Assembly: GCA_965112635.1 (NCBI GenBank)
Contig: OZ218778.1
Span: 2,510,966-2,574,965, forward strand
Source: an uncultured bacterium
GTDB taxonomy: Bacteria > Oederibacteriota > Oederibacteriia > Oederibacteriales > Oederibacteriaceae
Direction of reading: 5' to 3'
DNA length: 64,000 bases
Shown here one piece after another: positions 8,498 to 18,700 of the stretch. Under the pieces are notes generated by a model that saw only the letters and a list, made by a program, of their open reading frames with translations, had not been told where the DNA came from and did no database searches. The position numbers and the translations under genes are program-made. The first letter of the stretch is position 1; the number at the start of each line of letters is the position of its first letter.

Positions 8498-10771
8498 TCA
8501 GTCGTGAATGACCAAAAAGGCCGCCTTGGGGTCTCCGCAATTGTCCACGACCTCCTGGAAAGGCATCCTCTTGAACGGTTTCCCCGTGTTACGCGTCACC
8601 ACCAGCTTGACCACGCAGCAGTTCTTATACCCTTTCAATGGCACCATGATGATGCTGCCGTTGAACTGGAACTTCACCGGCCTGGGCTTCTTGTCCCCCG
8701 GATACTGCACCAGCACCTGGCCGATGTCATGGCCCCGCTTGACCTGGAAGTAAACGTATTTGTCCTTGGCGAACGATATCTTGTCGTTCACGCTCAACTC
8801 ATCGGTCATGATGCCGGCTACGTACCCGTCCGGCACCGTGAAAAGCTTGCCAATGAGGCCGTTGGACATCCGGATGGGGTCCTGTTCGAAACAGAAAACC
8901 CGGCGCTTGAAATGCTCATAAAGGGGGATGTACTTCCCGTAGGTCTTCATCGCTTCCTTGAACTGCTTGTCCCTTAATTTCGGCGACATATCGCTCAGGG
9001 CGGGAGTGGTCGGGAAAGAACCGTACATGAGGCACCGCTTCAGGTTTTCCTCGACGGTCCTGGCGTCGCTTCCCCAGAGGGTGAACAAAGGCATGGCCAA
9101 GGCTGAATAAAAGAACTTTTCTTCGATGACATCGCCATCCCCTTCCAAAAGGATGCCGTCCACATATTTCTGGCAGCGGATGTTCTGGGACTTGTTGGCA
9201 AAGCAGCAGCGGTTCCGGCCTTCCAGAAGTTCCTTGTGGATGCGCTCCGTGATGCCGTCAAAACCGAAATTGACGCTGTAAACCGGCTTGTTATTGGCCA
9301 CGGTCACGCCGTCGTCATGGGCGAAATCAATGCCCACGTGCCGGAAGCAGTCGTAAAAAAATCCGCCCAGCCGCGGATATACTCCCATCATCTCCCTGGC
9401 GGTTTCCAGGATATGCTTCCCAAAAGGCACGCTCAGGTCCGGGTTCATCAGCCGCTGCAAAGGCCATCCGGTATTTTGTTTTTTGCCGTTCTCCAAAGTG
9501 CAGATGGAACTGCTGAAATGCTCCTCGACCCACGGCTCGAACCCGTCCGAAAAATTGATATAGAACATGGGGTTTATCCCGTATTCCAGGAATCTATCGA
9601 TGGATTTGCGGATGCTTTCCCTGCTGAGGTCGTATAGTTCCGGGATGACATAATTTTTTGGCAGCAAACCTCTTTTGGCCAGTTCTTTCTGGGAACATTT
9701 TACGGAAAGCTGCATGGCTTGCTTGTAAGTGATCTTGCCCCTGCCTCTCCGGGCCACCTCTTCCACGATAGCGCACATACGCCATGTTTTTTCCTTGGGC
9801 ATGTAGTAGCCGTACCAGGGGAAATGACCGTGGTATTCAAAAAAGGTCATTCCCAGCGCCCGTTGCTGTTTCGCGTTAAAAGAAGTGGAAAGGGTCCCGC
9901 AATGGTACAGGCCGGCCTTGTCATGGATGCAGTCATTGGCCGGATAAAAGTATTCTCTGTATTTCTCCACGGTCTGCCCCAATCCCGGCCGCCAATCGCC
10001 CTCGTGGAAGAACACCTTGACCTCGGTCTGCAACTGGCGGTCCTTGATAAGGCCGATGTAATAGTTCACCACTTCCAGGACCGGATAATTGGCCGGGTCG
10101 ACCTCATGGCCGCCCCAGTTGAAATCCCTGTCCCCGTTCTGGAACTCGAACTTGGCCGCGGGAACCTTTTTGTCGTACGGCACGATGACCGAATATCCGA
10201 CATCCTTGGTCCGTTCATAATGGGAAATGATGGGCACTACAACCTCATGGGATGTACCCGAGAACGGGATCTGGCTGTAGCTGTAATCAAAGGTCGTCAT
10301 GCCGTCGAACAAAAGGTCGGATTTATAAGCCGGCGCCCACACCATCCATCCCGCGATCATGGGGATCATAAAATGGACCCGGATGGAACGGTCCGCGACC
10401 TTTTTACCCCTTTTTTCCATATCCACATGCCAGGTAAAACAGTCCTCGTCCATGCTCAGGGTCACTTTGACCGAGAACTTCGCCCCTGCAAACTGCTTGA
10501 GATAGGTGATGGTATTGCCTTCGCACTGGAAATCCTTGACTGTGAATTTCTGGTCAAAATCAGAGAACCACTTCTTATCGACCTCGTCATAGATGCGCAA
10601 GCCCCCGATATATCCCCGGATCTCCTGCTGTAATTGTTTGAACAGGTCGATTTGCTTGTCCTTCCAGACCATGGAACGTATCCATCCGGTCTTTTTTTCC
10701 ACACCGACGGACGACCTGGAATTCTCTATCCGGACTAAGGGAGTAGGATAAAATATAGAACGCTTGGACAT
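8498..10771 (-). CDS. Hypothetical cytoplasmic protein (757 aa), paralogue C of the tandem family
   Basis: The same architecture as paralogues A and B. It is more diverged from them, at roughly 85-90% nucleotide identity in the N-terminal tract. Confidence 0.7.
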   Translation of the reverse strand: MSKRSIFYPTPLVRIENSRSSVGVEKKTGWIRSMVWKDKQIDLFKQLQQEIRGYIGGLRIYDEVDKKWFSDFDQKFTVKDFQCEGNTITYLKQFAGAKFSVKVTLSMDEDCFTWHVDMEKRGKKVADRSIRVHFMIPMIAGWMVWAPAYKSDLLFDGMTTFDYSYSQIPFSGTSHEVVVPIISHYERTKDVGYSVIVPYDKKVPAAKFEFQNGDRDFNWGGHEVDPANYPVLEVVNYYIGLIKDRQLQTEVKVFFHEGDWRPGLGQTVEKYREYFYPANDCIHDKAGLYHCGTLSTSFNAKQQRALGMTFFEYHGHFPWYGYYMPKEKTWRMCAIVEEVARRGRGKITYKQAMQLSVKCSQKELAKRGLLPKNYVIPELYDLSRESIRKSIDRFLEYGINPMFYINFSDGFEPWVEEHFSSSICTLENGKKQNTGWPLQRLMNPDLSVPFGKHILETAREMMGVYPRLGGFFYDCFRHVGIDFAHDDGVTVANNKPVYSVNFGFDGITERIHKELLEGRNRCCFANKSQNIRCQKYVDGILLEGDGDVIEEKFFYSALAMPLFTLWGSDARTVEENLKRCLMYGSFPTTPALSDMSPKLRDKQFKEAMKTYGKYIPLYEHFKRRVFCFEQDPIRMSNGLIGKLFTVPDGYVAGIMTDELSVNDKISFAKDKYVYFQVKRGHDIGQVLVQYPGDKKPRPVKFQFNGSIIMVPLKGYKNCCVVKLVVTRNTGKPFKRMPFQEVVDNCGDPKAAFLVIHD

Positions 10772-10784
10772 ACTGTTCTCCTTC

Positions 10785-11297
10785 CTAGGATTTTTTGGAC
10801 AATGCTTCGTATTCCCTTAAAACGCCCTGGTCATAGCAGGCCAAAACCACCTTTTTAAAACCGGGATGGTTCCGGACAAAATTATTGATCTCTTTCCAGG
10901 CTATCTTGCACGCCAGGTCAATGGGATAGCCGTAGACCCCGCAGCTTATAGCCGGGAACGCGATGGTTTTGGCCCCGTTCTTGAGCGCCAGTTTCATGCT
11001 CTCATGGTAGCAGGAAGCCAGCAAGGCGGGCTCTCCCTGTCTGCCGTCCTGGTAGATAGGGCCCACGGTGTGCACGACCCATTTGGCTTTGAGGCGGTAT
11101 CCTTTGGTGAGCTTGGCATGGCCGGGCTCGCATCCGCCCAGGTTGGAGCATTCCGCCGCCAGTTCCGGACCGGCAGCCCGGTGGATGGCGCCGTCCACGC
11201 CTCCCCCTCCCATCAGGGAAGGATTGGCCGCGTTGACGATGGCGTCAACCTCCAGTTGGGTGATATCTCCCTGTACAACCTCTATCTTGGCGGGCAT
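10785..11297 (-). CDS. Macro-domain protein (O-acetyl-ADP-ribose deacetylase, YmdB-like)
   Basis: A 170-aa product with the macro-domain motifs VVQGDITQLEVDAIVNAAN and GGGVDGAIHRAAG. Confidence 0.85.
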   Translation of the reverse strand: MPAKIEVVQGDITQLEVDAIVNAANPSLMGGGGVDGAIHRAAGPELAAECSNLGGCEPGHAKLTKGYRLKAKWVVHTVGPIYQDGRQGEPALLASCYHESMKLALKNGAKTIAFPAISCGVYGYPIDLACKIAWKEINNFVRNHPGFKKVVLACYDQGVLREYEALSKKS

Positions 11298-11340
11298 TTC
11301 CGATTGTCTCCAGCAACTTTCTTTTGGCCCCTAGGAACGG

Positions 11341-12354
11341 TCAATCTTCCAGCATCTCTTCGTAAAACTCCCTGAACTTGTAGCGGGCCGGGTCATTTTT
11401 TTTCAGCGACATGATCTTCATGGCCTCTTCGGGATGCATGTTGGTAATGCCGCTGATCATGTAGGGGATATGGTATCCCCAGTCGATCTCTTCCTGCAGC
11501 GGCAGGATCTGGCCGGCGATGACGTCCAGGATGGGCCTCAGGTCGAACTTGGGGTTCTTGAGGAACCCGACCAAAAGTTCCAGGCAGCAGTTGCCCGCCC
11601 CCCGGCCCAGCCCGTAAAGTGTGCCGTCCAGGAAATTGGCCCCCCGGATGATCCCCTCGATGGTATTGGCGAAAGCCAGCTGCTGGTTGTTATGGGCATG
11701 CATGCCGATCTCGATGCCCGGCAGCAGTTTCTGGAATTTGGAGACGAAATAGTCGATATCCTCCGAATACATGGCCCCGAAGCTGTCCACGATATAGCAG
11801 GCGAGGATCTTGGTCTCGGCCTTGATCTGCTGGAGGGCCTCGTTGAGCTCCCTTTCAGGGGCCGTGGAAATGGACATGATATTGATGGTGGTCTCGTAGC
11901 CTTTGGCGTTCGCGTCATTGGAGATCTTGATGGCCTTGTCCACGTCCTTGACGTAGGTCGCTACCCGGACGACATCCACCAGGCTTTTTTGGCGGGGCAA
12001 AAGGTCCTCGCTGCTGCTTTTATGCGCGTCCATCATCACCGCGATCTTGGTCCCGGGATATTTCTTGTCACCCACGACCTGTTTGATCATCTCTTCGTCG
12101 CAGAAGCGCCAGGCCCCGTATTTCGCCGGGTCGAACATCTTTTTGCTGTTCCGGTAACCCAGCTCCACGATCTGGATGCCTGCCTCGCAAACGGCCTTGT
12201 AAACCGCCTTGACGCAATCCATGGAAAAATGGGAGTTGTTCATCAATCCCCCGTCCCTGATGGTGCAATCCACGACGGTGATCTGCGGCCTGTACATAAA
12301 TGGCTCCTCTCCTGAATGAGTCCAAACATTATAGTAATACTCTGTCGTTTTCAC
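11341..12354 (-). CDS. HMGL-like aldolase / pyruvate carboxyltransferase-domain protein (DRE-TIM metallolyase superfamily)
   Basis: The N-terminal VVDCTIRDGG motif and an overall length of about 340 aa resemble 4-hydroxy-2-oxovalerate aldolase and HMGL-like enzymes. Confidence 0.55.
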   Translation of the reverse strand: MKTTEYYYNVWTHSGEEPFMYRPQITVVDCTIRDGGLMNNSHFSMDCVKAVYKAVCEAGIQIVELGYRNSKKMFDPAKYGAWRFCDEEMIKQVVGDKKYPGTKIAVMMDAHKSSSEDLLPRQKSLVDVVRVATYVKDVDKAIKISNDANAKGYETTINIMSISTAPERELNEALQQIKAETKILACYIVDSFGAMYSEDIDYFVSKFQKLLPGIEIGMHAHNNQQLAFANTIEGIIRGANFLDGTLYGLGRGAGNCCLELLVGFLKNPKFDLRPILDVIAGQILPLQEEIDWGYHIPYMISGITNMHPEEAMKIMSLKKNDPARYKFREFYEEMLED

Positions 12355-12401
12355 AATCCCCCACCTGGCCTGTGTTAAACTGTCTAGCGGAGGTTTTCCC
12401 C

Positions 12402-13655
12402 ATGATGACGCTGAAAATAAAAGTTAGCCCCGAGGATTTCGTGGTTGAGGAGGTTTGCGACCTTCCCATCCGCGAGAAGGGCAAATATGGCGTGTACGTC
12501 CTGCAAAAAAGAGGCTGGAACACTCTGGACGCCCTGCGGGCCATCAGCAAAAGAACAAAGTTAGCCTCGCGCCTTTTCGCCTACGGCGGCAAAAAAGACC
12601 GCTACGGCCTGACCAGTCAGACCATCACCATCCATGACCAAAAGGACAGGAGTTTCACGGACAAAAATTTTTCCATCCGCCGGCTGGGCTTTTGCGACCG
12701 GCCCATGGACCCTTATTTCATCAAGGCCAACCGTTTCCGCATCGTGGTCCGCAAACTGACTAAACCGGCCGTTGACCAGGCCCTGGAAGAACTAGCCAGG
12801 GTGCAAGCCCAGGGTTTCCCCAATTATTTCGATGACCAGAGGTTTGGAAGCTATGACCCTTTGCAAGGATTCCTCGGTGAAAAGATCCTGAAAAGGCACT
12901 GGAACGGGGCCTTAAAATCCTACCTGCTTTCCATCCATCCTGAGGACAAGACCAAGGAAAAGCAGAGGAAAACAGCGCTAGGCCGCAGTTGGAAGGACTG
13001 GAAGGCCTGCGCCGGCCTGGCTGAGACCGGTTTTGAAAAAATGGCCTTTCCCGTCCTCCGCGGAACGCCCGATGACCTGCAGTCCCTGATCAGCCGCATC
13101 CCCCGGGAAGAACTGTTCATGGCGGCCAGCGCCTATCAATCCTATCTGTGGAACGAAATGGTCCGGCGTTTAATAATGGAACGCTGCCCTCCACCCTTCA
13201 AAATGTATCCGGGAAAAGCCGGCGACTATGTCTTCCCCGGCCAGCCGCCACGCCACGTGAAAAGTTCGCTGAGCGGGCTCATTCTGCCCCTGGCAGCCGC
13301 AAAAGCAAGCGTCGCCGACCCTGGCCTCCAAAATATCTACACGAGCGTCCTCAACGAACACAACCTCAGGCCGGCTTTGTTCAAGAGGGTAAAAATAAGG
13401 GAGGCGGAGTTCAAGCCCTCTCCCCGGCCCATTCTCGTCAAGCCCGAATCTTTGGAATGGAACACACGGCCGGACAGCGTTTATCCGGGGCATATCCAGC
13501 TGAACTTGAGCGTCCAGCTCCCCCGGGGATGTTATGCCACCATGCTGATCAAGGCTGTTTTCAGCCGGGACTTGGCCGCCCTAGAGCCCAGGCTAAAAAA
13601 TGGCGTTACCCGGCCAGACCCAGCCTCTTTAGTTCCTCTTCCAGATTTGGAGTGA
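12402..13655 (+). CDS. truD: tRNA pseudouridine(13) synthase TruD
   Basis: The motif FAYGGKKDRYGLTSQ matches the GxKDxxA motif at the TruD catalytic Asp. The N-terminal PEDFVVEE is also TruD-like. I chose the start at MMTLKIK (12402) because the upstream ATG at 12300 would overlap the divergent gene. Confidence 0.75.
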   Translation: MMTLKIKVSPEDFVVEEVCDLPIREKGKYGVYVLQKRGWNTLDALRAISKRTKLASRLFAYGGKKDRYGLTSQTITIHDQKDRSFTDKNFSIRRLGFCDRPMDPYFIKANRFRIVVRKLTKPAVDQALEELARVQAQGFPNYFDDQRFGSYDPLQGFLGEKILKRHWNGALKSYLLSIHPEDKTKEKQRKTALGRSWKDWKACAGLAETGFEKMAFPVLRGTPDDLQSLISRIPREELFMAASAYQSYLWNEMVRRLIMERCPPPFKMYPGKAGDYVFPGQPPRHVKSSLSGLILPLAAAKASVADPGLQNIYTSVLNEHNLRPALFKRVKIREAEFKPSPRPILVKPESLEWNTRPDSVYPGHIQLNLSVQLPRGCYATMLIKAVFSRDLAALEPRLKNGVTRPDPASLVPLPDLE

Positions 13656-14136
13656 ACCCGCCCGTCCCCAGCCCGGCCCTCAGTTCATCGGGGCTCCAGA
13701 AACGGGTTTCGCTGATCTCCACCGGTTCAAAGCGGATAGTCCCGTCATAGGATAGGATATAAGTGCGCACATGTTCTGTCTCCACGGGTGAACGCCACAC
13801 GTACTCATGGCAAAATATCAAGCTCCGGCTTTCAGTGAGGCATATCCCCAGTTCCTCCGCCAGCTCGCGCAAGGCTCCTTGCTCGTAACTCTCCCCGGCC
13901 GGGATATGCCCTCCCACCGAAGTGTCCCACTTGCCCGGCTGGATTCGCTTGGCCGGGGAACGCTTTTGGAGGCAGTATTGACCTGCGGAATTGACCACAA
14001 AGACATGCACGGCCCTGTGCTGCAAAGCGGGGTTTCCGTGGCAATCTTTCCGGACTACGGACCCGATGACCTGGTTACGGTCATCCACCAGGTCAATGAT
14101 CTCGTTTTCATGCTCGGCTTGGTTTTTTGTGGTCAA
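13606..14136 (-). CDS. NUDIX hydrolase
   Basis: The Nudix box GGHIPAGESYEQGALRELAEELGI is present in the 176-aa product. The gene overlaps the 3' end of truD convergently by 50 nt. Confidence 0.8.
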   Translation of the reverse strand: MTTKNQAEHENEIIDLVDDRNQVIGSVVRKDCHGNPALQHRAVHVFVVNSAGQYCLQKRSPAKRIQPGKWDTSVGGHIPAGESYEQGALRELAEELGICLTESRSLIFCHEYVWRSPVETEHVRTYILSYDGTIRFEPVEISETRFWSPDELRAGLGTGGFTPNLEEELKRLGLAG

Positions 14137-14294
14137 AATAAAGCCACCCCTTTATTTTGATGCGATTTTGAGGTACAAATACAGCAAGAAATACAGCCTA
14201 TCCAACCCGCCTTTAGATTTAACTAAAGGCAGTAGAAACAAGCAAGATTAAAAAGCCTTCTAATCAGGCAGAAGTTCAAGGAGTTGTCCTTAAG

Positions 14295-15752
14295 ATGCGT
14301 GGCTTTCAAAAGTTATCGCGCCTTCTAATACTGGTTTGCTCGGTCATCACGATCCTTTTAATATCCCCTGCCGCTTCTCACGCCACCAAAGCGGTGGAAG
14401 CGGACATTCTTTGTCAGTTCGACGACGCCGGGGACGCCTGGGTCAACGGCTACCCGGTCTGGTTGGACGTGACGATGACCGCTAACGACAAATACCGTGT
14501 TTATCCGCATTATCCGCCGATGTATCCGTTGACCTGCACGGCCAGGTCCATTCCGCCGGATATATTGAATGCCAGCGACGTGCTCTGCATGAAGAATTAC
14601 AACCGCGAGCCTCAATCCATGAGCATTTTTTACCTCCTTCACGTCAAGCTGGACAACGGGAAAGAATGGTATTTGGAATCCAGCCAGGAATCCGTTGAAG
14701 ACACGAAAATGCTGCACAACCCGGATGACATTCTTCTGATGATCTCCAAAGGCAATGACCAGTCCACCGGATACCTGACCAAAGCGGATGTGGCGGCCGG
14801 GAGGGAGTTTCCCTACCGGGACTACGCGGAACTGGGGCCCAAGGGTTGGTTGAACTATGGATTTAACGATTCCGAGTGGAACAGCACCATTTACGATGCT
14901 CCCAATTATATGACGGCGGTGATAAACCCCGAGTCGGGGATGGGGATAGGGGTGCTGTCAAGTTACGAGCACACGATCTCGCAGACCAGCGGCAACGACA
15001 TAGACTATTACCGCAGGCATTTCAACCTATGGCCTACGGACACGGCCACTTACACGCAGACGGAGACGCCGGTGCCGATACCGACCTCGACGGCAACGAA
15101 AGTGCCTCCATTGACCTTTACGTTCTCGGCGACGGCGGTGAATACCAGCACGCCGCTGCCTACGGCTACTCCGAGGCCCACGGTGCCCGGGTTCACTCCG
15201 GTGCCGACCAATACCGTGCCGCCCACCAATACCTTTACCCCGGCCTTTACGCTCGTGATCTTGCCGCCGACCCGCACCTTTACCCCTGCGCCGCCGCCGC
15301 CGACCAACACCCCCGGCAAGACCGAGATCACCGTGCATATTTCACCCACGGTGGCTGTGACTTCCGTGGTGACCCCCGTGGTGGTCATTACCAAAGCTCT
15401 GGTCCTGAACTATGAGGAGCAAGGCGGACAATACTTTACCTACAAGATCAACTGGACGGCGAACGCGTTCCTGAAATACGGCATGACGATCACGGACTAC
15501 CTGCCGAACTTCCTGGACATGAAGACCTTCACGAAGGGCGGCAAGGTCCACGCCGATACCGGCCAGATCGAATTCGTCATCAAAGGGCCTGTTGGCGAAG
15601 GCACCAAGGGAGAATTCCTGTACCTGATGGGCGTCAAGGATGGCCTGTCCGGCGAGCAGTCAGCCCAGAGCAGCGCCCAGGCGACCTATTACTTCAAGGG
15701 CGCGACTTCCACGGCCACTTCCAACGAGGTCGTCACGAAGATCGTTCCGTAA
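14295..15752 (+). CDS. Hypothetical secreted protein with a Thr/Pro-rich linker
   Basis: There is an N-terminal signal peptide (LLILVCSVITILLISPAASHA) and a central T/P-rich low-complexity segment (TPVPIPTSTATKVPP...PPPTNTPG). A 158-nt AT-rich upstream region is a likely promoter. Confidence 0.6.
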   Translation: MRGFQKLSRLLILVCSVITILLISPAASHATKAVEADILCQFDDAGDAWVNGYPVWLDVTMTANDKYRVYPHYPPMYPLTCTARSIPPDILNASDVLCMKNYNREPQSMSIFYLLHVKLDNGKEWYLESSQESVEDTKMLHNPDDILLMISKGNDQSTGYLTKADVAAGREFPYRDYAELGPKGWLNYGFNDSEWNSTIYDAPNYMTAVINPESGMGIGVLSSYEHTISQTSGNDIDYYRRHFNLWPTDTATYTQTETPVPIPTSTATKVPPLTFTFSATAVNTSTPLPTATPRPTVPGFTPVPTNTVPPTNTFTPAFTLVILPPTRTFTPAPPPPTNTPGKTEITVHISPTVAVTSVVTPVVVITKALVLNYEEQGGQYFTYKINWTANAFLKYGMTITDYLPNFLDMKTFTKGGKVHADTGQIEFVIKGPVGEGTKGEFLYLMGVKDGLSGEQSAQSSAQATYYFKGATSTATSNEVVTKIVP

Positions 15753-15792
15753 GCGGTCAGGGCCTTGGGGCCCGCGATCTTTCAGGGAACAA

Positions 15793-18700
15793 TCAGGCTT
15801 TCTGGACCAGCTCAACCCCTCCGAGCAGGCCGTAGTTAAAGAGCGAGAACTCGTCCTTGATGTTCCGCTCATCCTCAAAACCGTCCGGCCCGCACCACTG
15901 GTTGTCGTCCCCGGTCTTTTCATGCAGGGGTCCCCAGCTGTTCTGCAGGGAAGAGACCACTTCGATCTCCAGAAGATTCTCTCCGTCTTTGAGATACGGG
16001 GTAAGCTCCAGTTCATAGGGCTGCCACAGGATTTTCCCTGCCTCTTCACCATTGACCCTGACCTTAAAGAGGATGCCCGAGGGCTGGTTCAGCCGCAGCC
16101 AGGTTTTGGCCTTTTTCCGGACATGGAACGGTGTTGAGTAGACCATCCTGCCGCTGTAAAAAGGATAGGTCTGCCTGACCCACGACCCGAACTCCAGTCT
16201 TTTGGTTTCTTCCACGATCTTTCCTTCGTAGGGGCCCGCAAGCTCCACGCCAAAATCCCCGACCACATAGGCCGCCTCCACCTGGGTCAGGATATTGTAT
16301 TGGACCGAGAACTCCGCGACATTCCCCCCTTTTCTGACCAGGCGGCTGATGTCGACCTTGCCGAAACCGCGGTCCCAGTGCCAGGCCCCTGTCTTGGCCG
16401 GAACAGGGACGCCGTTCACTTTGAGGAATCCCTTGTTCAGGTCCTCAATGACTAAAAAAGCGCTCCTGGGGTTGGCCACGTCGCTGGTGAATTTATAGCG
16501 CAGGGTCAAGGGTCCCGTGCTGTCCTTAAAAAGACCCTTGCGGATGACGACCCACGGCTGCCACCACAGGGCATCCTCCGTGCCAAAATGTTTGGCGACC
16601 TTTTCACGGATGCGGAATTCCAGGTCGCGGGCCGTCCAGGTCTGGCCATGGTCAAAAGAGGCTTCCAGCCTGTCCATCACCAGCACGTTCGCGTCCAGCC
16701 GGCGATGCTCCCACAACTTGGGCAAAGCGACTTGTTTTGTTTGGGCAGGCAAGCCCAGCCCTTTGACCGGCCTGGCCTGGGGTATGTTCCCGGTCGATAC
16801 CAGTAGCGACCCGCAAGGAGGCAGGGTGAAAAGCACCTCGCTATCCTTGCCTTTCCGCTGGGATTCCATCTGTCTGGCCGTCCCGCTCAGGGGGTCCAGG
16901 GCCGTGACTTTCTTGGCCCCATTTTTTAAAACAAGGGAATAATGCATATCGTGGATCCTGTCCGAATTGACGATGAACAGGATCAGGTTGTTGCCGTCTT
17001 CCCTGGCGTGGACATAGGTCTGCGGAACGGATTTGCCGTCCAACCCGGCCAGCCTGAACTTCTGGGGCACGGTCTCATTCATAGCCGCCTGTAGGTTCTC
17101 GATACTGGAGGACATCGTCCGCACTCCGGGCTGGCTGGCCAAACCTCTCCATTTTTCCATTGCCGGCTCGCCCTCTATGTCCAGGGGCAGTTCTCCGCTG
17201 AAGATGAGCTGGCCGCCCTGGCTCACGAACTTTTGCAGCAGCCTGAAAGTGGAAGGCCGCCAGGTCACGGACGGCGGCACCACGACCACCTCATAGGCCA
17301 TTTTGCCGACCACAAATTTGCCTTTCTTGACGCTCCCCAGGTCCTGGATGTATCCCTCGTCGCCCAGATCGCAGTCAAATCCTGCGTTCAAAGTGGCCTC
17401 CACCAGCTTGCGGTACTGCTCGTCCAGTCTCTGGGCGTCGCTCAGGTCCTCCAGGGGCGGATTCACGGGAGTGGCCTTGGGCTGGAAATATTCGGTCCGG
17501 GTGGCGACCCCGAAACGGTGGTCGCTTGTGGCGCTCTCGATGGGATGCAGCAAAAGCACATGGGCTCCCGGCTTGCCGCAGGTCAGGGCGTAATGGACCC
17601 GCGTGAAATAATCATTGAGCGGGTTGAGCTCTTTCCAGTAGGTCTGCTGGTAGTTCCATACGGGCGGGTAGTCCCTCTTGGCCCTGCCTTTGGCCGTGTA
17701 CCAGGAAAGATGGGGGCAGAAAAAGGTCGCGCCCAGGACCAGGTCATAATCGCCCAGCCATTTAAAATCCTGGAAAGTGTTGGTGTGACGCGACACGCCG
17801 AATATCTCGGTCAGGACCCGTTTCCTGCCGAGCTGCCTGGCCGCCGAACTCACCTGCTTGACCGTCAGCAGCAGGCCGTCGACTTTGCGGCAGAGATGGT
17901 CTATGCCCGGAGCGTGCTGGAACCGGTAATGGGCCATGACGCCGCCGCAATGGCAGCGTATCTGCGAGGTGAAGGATTCCTCGGCGTTGTAGTGCCCGGT
18001 GTGCTCCAGCCCGTGCTTTTCGCACCACTCGAAGATGGGCTTGCTGTAGGCCTCGGTGAACTGCCTTAAAATGGCGCGGTGCATCAGGAGCCTGATATGT
18101 CTGGCTCCTTTGCCGTCAAAGAACATGTAGGGTAGGTCGTTCCAGAAGTTCCTGCGGTTCCATTTCCGGTAGACTTGGGGCAAACCCTCGTACCAGGGCA
18201 GGCTGTGGTCGGTCTGCCATATCTGGGGCTCGTCCGTGAAAATGCCCGGTATCCTTTTCCCGAACTCCTCCTGAAATTCCTTGGCGTAAACATCATGGGT
18301 CATCCGAATGAACTCCCTCATGGCCTCGGGGTTAAGGAGGTTGGCGTAGGATTCGCCGTTCCACCACGCTCCCTTGGAGTCATAGCGCCGGATGAGGACC
18401 AGCCGTTCTTCTTTCTGGATCTTTCCAGCCTGCTTGACCGCTACGGCCCGGTATTTAAAGAGGTCCTTGCCGCTGCGCTTTTCAATGGCATAGACCATCC
18501 TTAATTCCTGGTCCTTTTGGGAGCGAGGGAGAGGCACTCCCGGAGCCAGGAGGTATGCGTCCAGCAAAGCGGTGCGGTACTCGTCCTTGGTCCCGGCGAT
18601 GAGCCCCCCGGCATTGCCGCTGGGCCACCGGTCCTCGTCGTAAAGCCACAGGTAGCCGTCGTGTTCCTTGGCCGCCTTTAGAGCGGCCCGCATATTGTCG

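Noticed and set aside
12300-12401. Upstream extension of truD starting at 12300.
   Set aside because: It would overlap the divergent HMGL-like gene start by 55 nt. The TruD-like sequence begins at MMTLKIK (12402).
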